A stretch of 36,212 nucleotides of DNA, taken from assembly GCA_043803945.1 (NCBI GenBank), contig JAZDJN010000002.1, forward strand, positions 1-36,212, read 5' to 3'. The notes under the pieces are model-generated. The model was not told the origin of the DNA and made no database searches. It saw only the letters and a program-made list of their open reading frames with translations. Position numbers and translations under genes: made by a program. Origin of the DNA: a bacterium (lineage in GTDB: Bacteria > Bacteroidota > Ignavibacteria > UBA10030). Below are positions 9,679-19,303 of the stretch, piece after piece; the stretch's first letter is position 1; the number at the start of each line of letters is the position of its first letter.

Positions 9679-10782
9679 ATGACACGGGTTCTGGTAATTG
9701 ATGACGAAGATTCGATCCGCGAGTCGTTAACGATCATGCTGCGCCTGAATGGTTACAATACGATCTCAGCGACGAACGGAGCAGAAGGGATGGAATTGGC
9801 GCGGAGAGAACGGCCAGATCTTATCATCAGTGATATTCGTATGGAGTTTGTGGATGGATTTCAGCTTCTCAGTTATATCCGGAATCAACCCGAGACCTCC
9901 TCTATTCCGTTCATTCTGATCACCGGCGAACCCGACCATGCAAAAATGAGATACGGGATGGAACTGGGAGCCGACGATTATCTGGTCAAACCATTCACCC
10001 AGGTTGAATTGATTGGTGCGATTCGAGCGCGTCTGGAAAAACACCAGAAGTTGATCACCGAAGCAGAAGTGAAGCTGGTCGAGTTGCGCGCACAATTGAG
10101 CACTGCACTGCCGCACGAACTGACTACCCCGCTGAATGGAATTCTCGGGTATGCCGACATTCTGCGGAAACAATTTGCCGAACTCGAGCCAATCGAAGTA
10201 CATCAGATGGCCGAACGAATTTATAAAAATGGTAGAAGGCTCCAGCGTTTGGTTGAGAATTTTCTTCTCTATGCCCAGCTCGAAATTCTGAAATCAGATT
10301 CACAAAAAACAGATGCGCTGAAAAAGAATCGGACACCGGATGCAGCAAAACTCCTCGACATGGCTGCTCGTCATAGTGCGTATGAAGCCGAGCGTACGAA
10401 CGATCTTACTCTGGAACTGCAAACTGCTGAAGTGACAATTTCAGCAGATTACTTCAAGAAGATATTTGAAGAGTTGTTCGATAATGCTCTTCGCTACTCA
10501 AAAAAGGGGACACCTATTTCCGTTCAGGCTAGCCCGAATGGAAAATTCTATCGCCTGCGGATCGAAGATAATGGCAGGGGGATGACCTCGGAACATGTGA
10601 GGTTGATCGGAGCTTATATGCAGTTCGATCGTAAGTTTTATGAACAACAGGGCTCAGGCCTGGGCTTAATCGTGGCACGGCGCTTAACGGAAGTGCATGG
10701 TGGGACGTTGCATATCGAGAGTGAATATGGCAAGGGGACAACACTCATCGTTCTGCTGCCGCTTGCTCAGGTTGAAATCTAA
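9679..10782 (+). CDS. Hybrid response regulator/histidine kinase (REC-HisKA-HATPase)
   Basis: VLVIDDE, ISDIRM, GADDYLVKPF; PHELTTPLNGI; ELFDNALRYS, DNGRGM, GSGLGL. ATG 9679 preferred over the track start at 9604. Confidence 0.9.
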   Translation: MTRVLVIDDEDSIRESLTIMLRLNGYNTISATNGAEGMELARRERPDLIISDIRMEFVDGFQLLSYIRNQPETSSIPFILITGEPDHAKMRYGMELGADDYLVKPFTQVELIGAIRARLEKHQKLITEAEVKLVELRAQLSTALPHELTTPLNGILGYADILRKQFAELEPIEVHQMAERIYKNGRRLQRLVENFLLYAQLEILKSDSQKTDALKKNRTPDAAKLLDMAARHSAYEAERTNDLTLELQTAEVTISADYFKKIFEELFDNALRYSKKGTPISVQASPNGKFYRLRIEDNGRGMTSEHVRLIGAYMQFDRKFYEQQGSGLGLIVARRLTEVHGGTLHIESEYGKGTTLIVLLPLAQVEI

Positions 10783-10845
10783 TCAGCGCCTGGGGCAAAT
10801 CAGAGTGGACTGGTGATGTCCCCTTTGAAGAAAAAATCGTTTTTG

Positions 10846-11520
10846 CTACTTGATTCCTACCAATTCAACTTCAAAGATCAACGTAGAATTGGGCTTGATT
10901 TCAGCTCCCATCGCACGCTCGCCATACGCAAGCTGCGAGGGAATAAAGAATTGCCACTTCGAACCCACCTTCATTAACTGAACACCTTCAGTCCAGCCTT
11001 TAATGACCTGGTTTAATGGAAATGTCGTTGGCTCATTTCGTTTATAGGAGCTGTCGAATTCTTTTCCGTTGGTGAGTGTGCCGCGGTAATGAACCGTGAC
11101 TGTATCTGTAGCTTTTGGCTGTTTGCCGGTTCCATTCTTGATGACCTTGTATTGAAGACCGCTGGGGAGCGTAATGACCCCCTGTTTCTTCTTATTCTCG
11201 GCGAGGAACGCTTCTCCCTCTTTTAGATTCTTCTTCAGCGTCTCATTATATTTCGCTGTCATTTCGGTACGAAACTTCTCAGCGACATCTTGAAGTTCTT
11301 TATCTGTGAGCAAAGCGTTCTTCTGAAGGAATCCATCTTCAAGCCCCTTCATGAAAGATGCTATATCGAGCTCAACTGCCTCGCTTTGCATCTGCCTGCC
11401 CGTATTCAAACCAAGCGCGTAACTGGCTTTTTCTTTTTGATTTTTCAGTGCTGGCTTTTGTTGTGCAATAATCGTCACAGTAAAACAAATGACGAGGAGA
11501 GCGAAAAGCAAGTTCTTCAC
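10846..11520 (-). CDS. fkpA: FKBP-type peptidyl-prolyl cis-trans isomerase with signal peptide (FkpA/Mip type)
   Basis: Signal peptide, SYALG N-domain, SGLQYKV, VHYRGTL, FDSSY, VIKGWTEG, LAYG and LIFEVEL. Confidence 0.92.
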   Translation of the reverse strand: MKNLLFALLVICFTVTIIAQQKPALKNQKEKASYALGLNTGRQMQSEAVELDIASFMKGLEDGFLQKNALLTDKELQDVAEKFRTEMTAKYNETLKKNLKEGEAFLAENKKKQGVITLPSGLQYKVIKNGTGKQPKATDTVTVHYRGTLTNGKEFDSSYKRNEPTTFPLNQVIKGWTEGVQLMKVGSKWQFFIPSQLAYGERAMGAEIKPNSTLIFEVELVGIK

Positions 11521-11783
11521 AAGAGTATCCTTTCGAACAAAATAGGTGATGGTAACAACATCGATGAACTACCCTCATGGTAAGGTATTTTGTTCGAAAC
11601 CGAAACAAAATATTTTTCACAGCATCTCAGAACAGATTTTCCTACTTTGAATTATTCATGCCGCGACAGAACACCCTAAGAGTACATAAGTCAGGCATCT
11701 GAGAAAGTACAGAATGCGTTTTGAACCAAGTTCGACACACCTAATTAACTCAATATTACCTTTTTCAAGGAGGAACTTTCGAT

Positions 11784-12935
11784 ATGAAATCTTCAATCGT
11801 TCTTTCTCTCGTTCTAGGAGTGATGCTTATGGCAAATGAAACAGTTGCTCAAGGTTCAGGCTTTAATGGATTAACCATGGGGCTCGGAAATCTATCCCGG
11901 CTTTCCAAGGCAAAAACCCGATCGATCAGTCCAGAAAATTTCACCGGAGAAAAGGGAAAAGCCGGGATGGCAAAATCGGGTACCGGAGAAAAGGCGGCGC
12001 GGGATCTCGGTCAGGGATGGAAAATCTCACCATCAGTAAGAATTGAAAAAGGAACAACTTTTACACTTGCCGAAATCAATGGACCTGGAGCGATTCAACA
12101 CATCTGGATGACCCCAACCGGCAATTGGCGTTTTTCTATCCTTCGTTTTTATTGGGATGGTGAAGAGCGGCCTTCCATTGAAGTGCCTGTCGGAGATTTT
12201 TTCGCCACAGGATGGGGCAAGTATGCACAACTCTCTTCGCTGCCGGTTGCAGTGAACCCGGGGAGTGCTTTCAATTGCTATTGGGAGATGCCCTTCAAGA
12301 AGTCGTGCAAAATCATCATGGAAAATATCGCAGACGATGCCATGGTGCTTTACTATCAGATCGATTATACGCTGACGGAGATTCCTGCAGATGCCGCATA
12401 CTTTCATGCTCAATTTCGCAGAGTGAATCCACTGCCTTATAAAGACGTCTATACCATTCTCGAAGGAGTCAAAGGTTGGGGTCAGTATATCGGAACCTAC
12501 CTGGCATGGGGTTCAAACAGCACCGGTTGGTGGGGCGAGGGTGAAATAAAATTCTATCTCGATGGAGACAGTGAGTACCCGACAATTTGCGGGACTGGAA
12601 CGGAAGATTATTTCTGCGGGTCCTACAATTTTGAAAATCAGGCCACGCATCAATATCAGGAATTTACAACCCCGTACGCCGGCCTCTCGCAGGTCATCCG
12701 CCCTGATGGCCTCTATAATTCGCAACAACGGTTCGGACTTTACCGGTGGCATATTATGGATCCTGTTCGGTTTGAAAAAGATCTGCGAGTCACAATCCAG
12801 GCCCTTGGATGGATGTCGGGTGGACGATATCTGCCGCTCCAGGATGATATCGCGTCGACAGCATTTTGGTACCAAACCGAACCGCATGCCCCATTTCCTG
12901 TGCTGCCGCTTCGGGATGTTCTTGAGGTAAAATGA
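11784..12935 (+). CDS. DUF2961 / glycoside hydrolase family 172 protein, probably secreted
   Basis: TRSISPENFTGEKG, GPGAIQHIWMT, PVGDFF, WWGEGEIKF, GTGTEDYF and FWYQTEPH. N-terminal signal-like peptide; AAGGAGG RBS. Confidence 0.88.
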   Translation: MKSSIVLSLVLGVMLMANETVAQGSGFNGLTMGLGNLSRLSKAKTRSISPENFTGEKGKAGMAKSGTGEKAARDLGQGWKISPSVRIEKGTTFTLAEINGPGAIQHIWMTPTGNWRFSILRFYWDGEERPSIEVPVGDFFATGWGKYAQLSSLPVAVNPGSAFNCYWEMPFKKSCKIIMENIADDAMVLYYQIDYTLTEIPADAAYFHAQFRRVNPLPYKDVYTILEGVKGWGQYIGTYLAWGSNSTGWWGEGEIKFYLDGDSEYPTICGTGTEDYFCGSYNFENQATHQYQEFTTPYAGLSQVIRPDGLYNSQQRFGLYRWHIMDPVRFEKDLRVTIQALGWMSGGRYLPLQDDIASTAFWYQTEPHAPFPVLPLRDVLEVK

Positions 12936-13067
12936 TCAAAGCGTTTCTATCGACGTGGCCGAAAAGTATAGAATAATTTCAAACCACATAAGACACTCCA
13001 GCTCCTGCTTGCGCTGCTCCTGCGGCAGACAGACGCTAAGGTGCAAGGTTTGTTAATTCTTCCTTTC

Positions 13068-13129
13068 TGACTCATCCCCCACACCCCCTTCTCTAACAAT
13101 AGAGAAGGGGGATTAAGGGGGTTGAGTTA
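13068..13129. repeat. REP-like nested palindrome
   Basis: Inner stem CCCCCTTCTCTA/TAGAGAAGGGGG inside outer stem TGACTCATCCCC/GGGGTTGAGTTA. Same architecture as the elements near 33520 and 34520. Confidence 0.6.
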
Positions 13130-13252
13130 ATCTTACAGCTTTTTTAAAAAATCTACATAATCGTAGCGACCGTGGTGGCACTTCGCGACCTTTTTGAGAA
13201 TGGAACTTTCGCCTGCCTTATGAGATTCTTAATTGACGGGCAGGTGAATCCT

Positions 13253-13347
13253 CCGGGGGAGAGGCTTCGTCCAAGTTTCGAGCGGCACTTCGGAAGGTCG
13301 AGACCTTTCAACAGCACGATAGGTCTCTATCGGTGTCTCTTCTCCGG
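13253..13347 (+). ncRNA. Candidate structured RNA (three-way junction) upstream of the DMT transporter
   Basis: 13-bp closing stem with three G-U pairs encloses two hairpins. Not matched to any family I recognise. Confidence 0.35.
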
Positions 13348-13471
13348 TTGTGGTATGCGAAGAAAGACCCTCATTAATTGCTTACCGGCACTGGGTGTTT
13401 TTACGATGATGGCAGAACAGAAAAGGTAGAGAGGAAAACTGAAGAGTGATGGGAGCCAGATTCTCGCTTAC

Positions 13472-14362
13472 ATGAACTTACTCGGTGAAATAACTGCGGT
13501 GGCTACTGCAGTACTCTGGGCGGGAAGCTCTCTGGCGTTTGCCGGTGCAACAACTCGCATTGGTTCGATCCAGGTGAATGTGTCGCGTCTTCTTATTGCG
13601 TCGGTTGCTCTGGTCTTCACGGTTCTTGTATTGAACCTCTCACTGGCAGTCACCTACACCCAGATTCAATATCTGGCAATCAGCGGATTGATAGGATTAT
13701 TTTTTGGCGATACATTCCTTTTTAAGTCGTATGAATATATCAGTCCGAGGGTCAGTTCATTGGTGATGTCTTCATCGCCGGCGATCACAGCATTTCTCGC
13801 ATACTTCTTCCTTACTGAAAGCCTCACACTCTTGGCGCTCCTTGGGATGGCGATCACGCTCTCAGGGATCTCTCTGGTCATCTTTGAGCGAAAAGAGAAA
13901 TCGTCCTCGCACCAGCCCATTCATCCGGCAGGTGTCTTCTATGCGTTTTTGGGCTCACTCGGTCAGAGCGGCGGATTAATTTATGCCCGCATGGCATTTG
14001 ATCAGGGCCCCGTGAATGGTTTGGTTGCAACTTGCCTTCGGGTCGTGTCGGCAACCCTCATTCTGATCCCCATCACACTGCTGGCACGAAAAGTAAAAAA
14101 TCCAATCACCGTTTTTCGACAGGATGTGCGGGCATTCCGGCTCACCATCCTTGGAACCTTTTTAGGACCCTATTTGGGGATTACGCTGAGCTTGCTCTCT
14201 ATTATGTACACCGATGTTGCTGTCGCAGCCACGTTAATGTCTATTGTCCCCATTATCATGTTACCGCTTGTTAAAATCCTCTTTAAGGAAGTACTTACCT
14301 GGAGGGCAATTCTCGGTGCATGCATTGCCGTTGCCGGTGTGACCGTACTGTTCCTGAGATGA
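13472..14362 (+). CDS. DMT/EamA family transporter
   Basis: About 10 hydrophobic helices in two EamA repeats; SGLIGLFFGD and GTFLGPYLG motifs. Confidence 0.88.
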   Translation: MNLLGEITAVATAVLWAGSSLAFAGATTRIGSIQVNVSRLLIASVALVFTVLVLNLSLAVTYTQIQYLAISGLIGLFFGDTFLFKSYEYISPRVSSLVMSSSPAITAFLAYFFLTESLTLLALLGMAITLSGISLVIFERKEKSSSHQPIHPAGVFYAFLGSLGQSGGLIYARMAFDQGPVNGLVATCLRVVSATLILIPITLLARKVKNPITVFRQDVRAFRLTILGTFLGPYLGITLSLLSIMYTDVAVAATLMSIVPIIMLPLVKILFKEVLTWRAILGACIAVAGVTVLFLR

Positions 14363-14394
14363 CACGTAAATACTATTGAAGGGATTTGTTCACA

Positions 14395-15894
14395 ATGAAA
14401 TCGCAATTGGTTCGATCTAGCACCTGCAAACTCAAGATGCTTTTCCTTGTGCTCGTTCTGCCGCTGCTCCTGCTTGCTCAGAAAAAATTTCCTGAAGATA
14501 TGATCAATCAATCTGAAACCACTGCTCATATCAAATACATCGCCTCCGATAAATTGATGGGAAGACGGGCCAATAGGCCCGAAATCAATCTTGCTGCCGA
14601 TTATATCGCGGCAGAATTTCGAAAGGCGAGGCTTCTCACATTCCCGAATGCGAAAAACTACATGCAAATTGTAGAACGGTCAGTGTTTACTCCTCCGACA
14701 TCGGGATACATTATTATACTAAAGGACACACTTCACCTGGGTACGGATATAGCGCTTCGGAGTGGTGAGAGGGCGATATGGAACGCATCATGCGTGTTTG
14801 CAGGATTTGGAGTGGCCGATACCGTCAAAGGGATGGATGATTATTCCGGACTCGATGTGAAAGGGAAGATTGCAGTAATCCGATACGGAACTGGTACGGG
14901 CAGTGCTGGTGCCAGCGCTCGTAAAGCAAAGCTGGCAATAGAAAAAGGTGCACGGGCATTAATCGAACTTGTTGACGATACTACTCCTTGGCAAGCACTT
15001 CTCATTTCAACATCTCAAGTAAGTTCACGCTCACTCACGGATCCTGCTTTTGTGCATCTCTATGTTCACGATGGGAAAGGAACCTACCTGAAAGCATTTC
15101 AGGAAGGAACGATTAAATCAATGAGTTTGAATACCGAAGGCCTTGGTAAGCGCATTGAACAATGGCGGAATGTAATCGGTTGGATTCAGGGAACAAATCC
15201 GCTCCTCCGTGATGAGTATCTCCTGTTGACAGCACATTATGATCACCTTGGTGCAGGAAGCCGTCGGGGTGTGGTCTCCGGGGATACAATCTTCAATGGT
15301 GCTCGTGACAATGGGATGGGAACCGTGGCGATTATAGTCGCCGCAAAAGCGTTTGCTGCACAACCGCCGGCCCGCTCTGTCATCATTGCGGCTGTTACGG
15401 GAGAAGAGATGGGGTTGATCGGCAGCAGTTATTTGGCAGAGAATTTTCCGGTACCGCTTCGACAGGTTGTGTTCCAATTCAATAACGATGGTGCAGGATA
15501 TACTGATACTTCAGTGGTGACAGTAGTCGGACTTCAGCGAACCACCGCAGAGCCGTCCATTGTCCTTGGAAGTGCACGATATGGATTGAAAGCGATTCCT
15601 GAAATTCCGTCGCTCCAATCGCTGTTCAATGCTTCGGATAACGTTCCCTTCATCCGTCGCGGCGTACCCGCGCCAACATACAGTCCCGGATTTCATGAAT
15701 TTGATGCTGAGCTCAGGAAGTATTATCATCAACCTGGCGATCAGGCAGATGAGTTTTTCAATTATACATACCTAGCAAAGTTCTGCCAGGCATACACGTA
15801 TTCGGCAAGGCTCATTGCCGATATGAAGGAGCGCCCGTTCTGGATTGCCGGCGATCAATATGAAGCTGTTGGCAAGACACTCTATGGAAAATAA
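14395..15894 (+). CDS. M28 family metallopeptidase with PA domain, secreted
   Basis: IASDKLMGR, PA segment FAGFG...DYSGLDVKGK, TAHYDHLG, NGARDNG, GEEMGL and YHQPGD. Confidence 0.9.
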   Translation: MKSQLVRSSTCKLKMLFLVLVLPLLLLAQKKFPEDMINQSETTAHIKYIASDKLMGRRANRPEINLAADYIAAEFRKARLLTFPNAKNYMQIVERSVFTPPTSGYIIILKDTLHLGTDIALRSGERAIWNASCVFAGFGVADTVKGMDDYSGLDVKGKIAVIRYGTGTGSAGASARKAKLAIEKGARALIELVDDTTPWQALLISTSQVSSRSLTDPAFVHLYVHDGKGTYLKAFQEGTIKSMSLNTEGLGKRIEQWRNVIGWIQGTNPLLRDEYLLLTAHYDHLGAGSRRGVVSGDTIFNGARDNGMGTVAIIVAAKAFAAQPPARSVIIAAVTGEEMGLIGSSYLAENFPVPLRQVVFQFNNDGAGYTDTSVVTVVGLQRTTAEPSIVLGSARYGLKAIPEIPSLQSLFNASDNVPFIRRGVPAPTYSPGFHEFDAELRKYYHQPGDQADEFFNYTYLAKFCQAYTYSARLIADMKERPFWIAGDQYEAVGKTLYGK

Positions 15895-15918
15895 CTATTC
15901 AACTTTCCTATCACCTAT

Positions 15919-17556
15919 ATGAAAAGAATAGTGCGCTCTTATAGTCTCTGTCTTTTCGTTGTCCATCTTCTGTTTGCACAGGAGACTCAACATCCGTATC
16001 AACCGGGTATTGATGCCTTGCACTATGACTTCGTTCTTCAGATTCCAGATACCGGTAAGTCCTTCCTCGGCACGGCTTCACTGCTCGTCTGTCGTAATGC
16101 ACCGGTCGGGGAGATTCGCCTCGATCTGATAGGGATGACGGTAACAGAGGTTCTCTTGAATAGAGTGAAATGCACATTTTCTCAGGATACTGCTTCCGTC
16201 TCCATAGCGCTGCCTTCTTATGGTGGCAGGAATGATACCTTTCGAATTGTTCTTCGCTATTCGGGTACGCCAAAGGATGGATTGATTTTCAGCAGTACAG
16301 GGAATGGTGGGTGGTCGTTGTTTGGAGATAACTGGCCGAATCGCGCGAGGTACTGGCTCCCTTGTATTGATCATCCGAGCGATAAGGCGACAGTACAATG
16401 GACCATAGAAACGCTAAGCAGTCAAACGGTAGTAGCAAATGGTGAACTCATTGATTCATCTCCGATCTCATCGGGCTCTCTGAAGGAAAAACGGACCCGG
16501 ACGGTATGGCGATCGAACGTCCCAATTCCCACCTACACCATGGTCATAGCAGTTGCTCCCTTCATTTGCTATGATCTTGGTCTGACAGCAATGGGTCTGA
16601 GTGCAACTCAAGCGGGTGTAGATCAGATGATCTATGTCTACCACGGGGCAGAAAAGTTTCTTCCCGGAGCATTTGCCAAAGCTGGTGCGATTGTCGACTT
16701 TTTCTCCCGCACGGTAGGCCCATTTCCGTACGAGAAACTTGCCCATGTTCAAAGCAGTACACGCTACGGAGGAATGGAAAATGCCAGTGCCATCTTTTAC
16801 AATGCACAGGCATTCAGCCAGGGATGGATGTCGGAAGATCTGATTGCGCATGAAACATCGCATCAATGGTTCGGTGATGATGTCACTCCGAGGGAGTGGG
16901 GGCATATCTGGCTCTCAGAAGGTTTCGCGACATACTTCACTGCATTATGGACAGAACACAGTAAGGGAGAAAAGGCCTTCATCCAAACGCTGGAGCGATC
17001 GCGAAAAGGGATTCTCGGTTCACCCGTAGTCTCACAGCGGCCGGTGATCGATACTACACAAATCCAATTGATGCAACTTCTCAATACCAATAGCTATAAT
17101 AAGGGGGGATGGGTTCTCCACATGCTTCGTCACGAGGTGGGGGATGAGATTTTTTTTAGGGCGATTAAATCCTATTATCAACGCTATAAGCATGGTGCCG
17201 CAAGCTCAGATGAGTTGCTTGCTGAGTTTGAACGTCACTCTTCCAGATCGCTTGGGTGGTTCTTTGATCAATGGCTTCGGAAACCAGGATTTGTCGACTG
17301 CACGATCACCTGGAACTACGATCAATCATCGCATAGCATTTCAACAACGGTGGCACAGTCGGCGAGGTTTGGATTCTTCCGTTTTCCTCTTGTCATCCAA
17401 ATAGAAATGGCGGATGGGTCATCACGGCGGGTGACGATTGAGGTCCCTCCGGAAGAACGATCGACAATCCAATTTCCTGACCGGTTCGAAGGACAACCAA
17501 AACGGTTGATCTTCGATCCGGACGTACAGTTGCTCGCAAAGATTTCAATACACTAA
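15919..17556 (+). CDS. M1 family aminopeptidase, secreted
   Basis: GGMEN exopeptidase motif, HETSH (HEXXH) with downstream WLSEGFA, YNKGGWVLHMLR, and a signal peptide. Confidence 0.92.
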   Translation: MKRIVRSYSLCLFVVHLLFAQETQHPYQPGIDALHYDFVLQIPDTGKSFLGTASLLVCRNAPVGEIRLDLIGMTVTEVLLNRVKCTFSQDTASVSIALPSYGGRNDTFRIVLRYSGTPKDGLIFSSTGNGGWSLFGDNWPNRARYWLPCIDHPSDKATVQWTIETLSSQTVVANGELIDSSPISSGSLKEKRTRTVWRSNVPIPTYTMVIAVAPFICYDLGLTAMGLSATQAGVDQMIYVYHGAEKFLPGAFAKAGAIVDFFSRTVGPFPYEKLAHVQSSTRYGGMENASAIFYNAQAFSQGWMSEDLIAHETSHQWFGDDVTPREWGHIWLSEGFATYFTALWTEHSKGEKAFIQTLERSRKGILGSPVVSQRPVIDTTQIQLMQLLNTNSYNKGGWVLHMLRHEVGDEIFFRAIKSYYQRYKHGAASSDELLAEFERHSSRSLGWFFDQWLRKPGFVDCTITWNYDQSSHSISTTVAQSARFGFFRFPLVIQIEMADGSSRRVTIEVPPEERSTIQFPDRFEGQPKRLIFDPDVQLLAKISIH

Positions 17557-17584
17557 TCTATTCCATTATTTCTTACGGTTACCT

Positions 17585-19258
17585 ATGGCAGAAAACAAAA
17601 TCATTTTTTCCATGATCGGCGTTGGCAAGGTTGTGAAACCGAATCGCCAAATCCTAAAAGACATCTATCTCTCCTTTTATTATGGAGCGAAGATAGGAGT
17701 GCTGGGTCTCAACGGAGCAGGCAAAAGTACGCTGCTGAAGATTATTGCCGGTGTTGACAAGGATTACCTTGGGGAGATTACCGCTCAAAAGGGAATTACC
17801 TTCGATTACCTTTCTCAGGAGCCGGAACTTGATCCAGCGAAAACTGTAAGGGAAATAGTCGAAGAGGGCGTACAAGAAACTGTGAATCTTCTGAAGCAAT
17901 ATGATGCCATCAATGCTGCGTTTAGTGAGCCGGACGCCGATTACGATGCTTTGCTCGAGAAACAGGCAAAACTTCAGGAGAAGATCGATCAGATCAATGC
18001 CTGGGATTTGAACAGCCGTCTGGAAATGGCAATGGATGCACTTCGCTGCCCTCCGGGCGATGCGTCCGTCTCAGTACTCTCCGGCGGTGAACGGAGGCGT
18101 GTTGCTCTCTGCCGTCTGTTGCTCAAGGAACCGGATGTCCTTCTCCTCGATGAACCGACAAATCATCTCGATGCGGAATCGGTTGCCTGGCTCGAACAGC
18201 ACCTCCGTCGCTATAAAGGAACTGTTATTGCAGTCACCCATGACCGTTATTTTCTGGATAATGTTGCGGGCTGGATACTTGAACTCGACCGGGGAGAAGG
18301 AATTCCGTTTGAAGGTAACTATTCATCATGGCTCGATCAGAAAAAGAGAAGGCTGGAAGTTGAGGAGAAGCAGGAATCCAAACGGCAGCGAGTTCTTCAA
18401 CGCGAGTTGGACTGGGTCCGGTTAAATCCAAAAGGGCGGCATGCAAAGAGTAAAGCTCGTATCGCAGCCTATGAAAAGCTCCTTGAAGAGCAGGGTGAAA
18501 AGCGCGATGAGGAAATGGAAATCTATATTCCTCCCGGCCCCCGTCTCGGCGACCTGGTCATCGAAGCGGGCGGAGTTGCCAAAGCGTATGGGGACCGGAT
18601 TCTCTTTGAAGATATGAACTTCTCCCTGCCACGCGGCGGCATCATTGGAATCATCGGTCCGAATGGAGCGGGTAAGACAACTCTCTTTAGATTGATCACC
18701 GGACAGGAAATTGCAGACCAGGGGGCTGTCCGGATAGGGGAGACGGTGAAGCTCGGCTATATCGATCAGAACAGGCCGCTTGATCCTGATAAAACCATCT
18801 GGCAGGAAATTTCCGGAGGTGAAGAACTTCTCCAGTTAGGAAGCCGGGAAGTGAACTCGCGTGGATATGTTGCACGATTCAATTTTAGCGGAACGGATCA
18901 ACAGAAACGGGTTGGTATTCTCTCGGGCGGCGAACGAAATCGTGTCCATCTTGCGAAGGTCCTCAAAGAAGGCGCAAATGTGCTCCTCCTCGATGAACCG
19001 ACCAGTGATCTTGACGTGAACACACTCAGGGCATTAGAGGAGGCGTTACTGAACTTCGCAGGATGTGCAGTAGTCATTTCCCACGATCGCTGGTTCCTCG
19101 ATCGCGTCGCGACACACATCCTGGCCTTTGAAGGAGAGAGTAAGGTGTTCTGGTATGATGGGAATTATTCCGAGTATGAGGAAAACCTGAGAGAACGCCT
19201 CGGCTCAGCTGCACTTCAGCCACATCGCATTAAATATAAACCTCTGGTGAGAGAATAA
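17585..19258 (+). CDS. ettA: Energy-dependent translational throttle ABC-F protein EttA
   Basis: ILKDIYLSFYYGAKIGVLGLNGAGKST, two ABC cassettes, ELDWVR...KGRHAKSKAR linker, and C-terminal PHRIKYK. Confidence 0.95.
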   Translation: MAENKIIFSMIGVGKVVKPNRQILKDIYLSFYYGAKIGVLGLNGAGKSTLLKIIAGVDKDYLGEITAQKGITFDYLSQEPELDPAKTVREIVEEGVQETVNLLKQYDAINAAFSEPDADYDALLEKQAKLQEKIDQINAWDLNSRLEMAMDALRCPPGDASVSVLSGGERRRVALCRLLLKEPDVLLLDEPTNHLDAESVAWLEQHLRRYKGTVIAVTHDRYFLDNVAGWILELDRGEGIPFEGNYSSWLDQKKRRLEVEEKQESKRQRVLQRELDWVRLNPKGRHAKSKARIAAYEKLLEEQGEKRDEEMEIYIPPGPRLGDLVIEAGGVAKAYGDRILFEDMNFSLPRGGIIGIIGPNGAGKTTLFRLITGQEIADQGAVRIGETVKLGYIDQNRPLDPDKTIWQEISGGEELLQLGSREVNSRGYVARFNFSGTDQQKRVGILSGGERNRVHLAKVLKEGANVLLLDEPTSDLDVNTLRALEEALLNFAGCAVVISHDRWFLDRVATHILAFEGESKVFWYDGNYSEYEENLRERLGSAALQPHRIKYKPLVRE

Positions 19259-19267
19259 ACGAAGGAG

Positions 19268-19295
19268 GGGATTTAGCACCGTGCTGCTCAATCCC
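19268..19295. terminator. Hairpin between ettA and the convergent small ORF
   Basis: GGGATTTAGCA-ccgtgc-TGCTCAATCCC stem. Lacks a clear U-tract. Confidence 0.4.
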
Positions 19296-19303
19296 GTGAG
19301 ATC

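Noticed and set aside
11585-11612. AT-rich inverted repeat TATTTTGTT-CG...CG-A-AACAAAATA between the divergent FKBP and GH172 genes
   Set aside because: Single low-complexity occurrence with no candidate regulator. I cannot tell it from chance.
13255-13308. GGGGAGAGGC...GTCGAGACC resemblance to the yybP-ykoY Mn2+ riboswitch
   Set aside because: The motifs are imperfect and only about 30 nt apart, too short for the four-way junction.
13172-13429. 85-aa ORF upstream of the DMT gene
   Set aside because: No RBS or domain, and it overlaps the structured-RNA candidate. Probably spurious.
18979-19017. EttA second post-Walker B motif reads DEPTSDLD rather than the usual DEPTNDLD
   Set aside because: Single substitution with the catalytic Glu intact. 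Likely ordinary variation.
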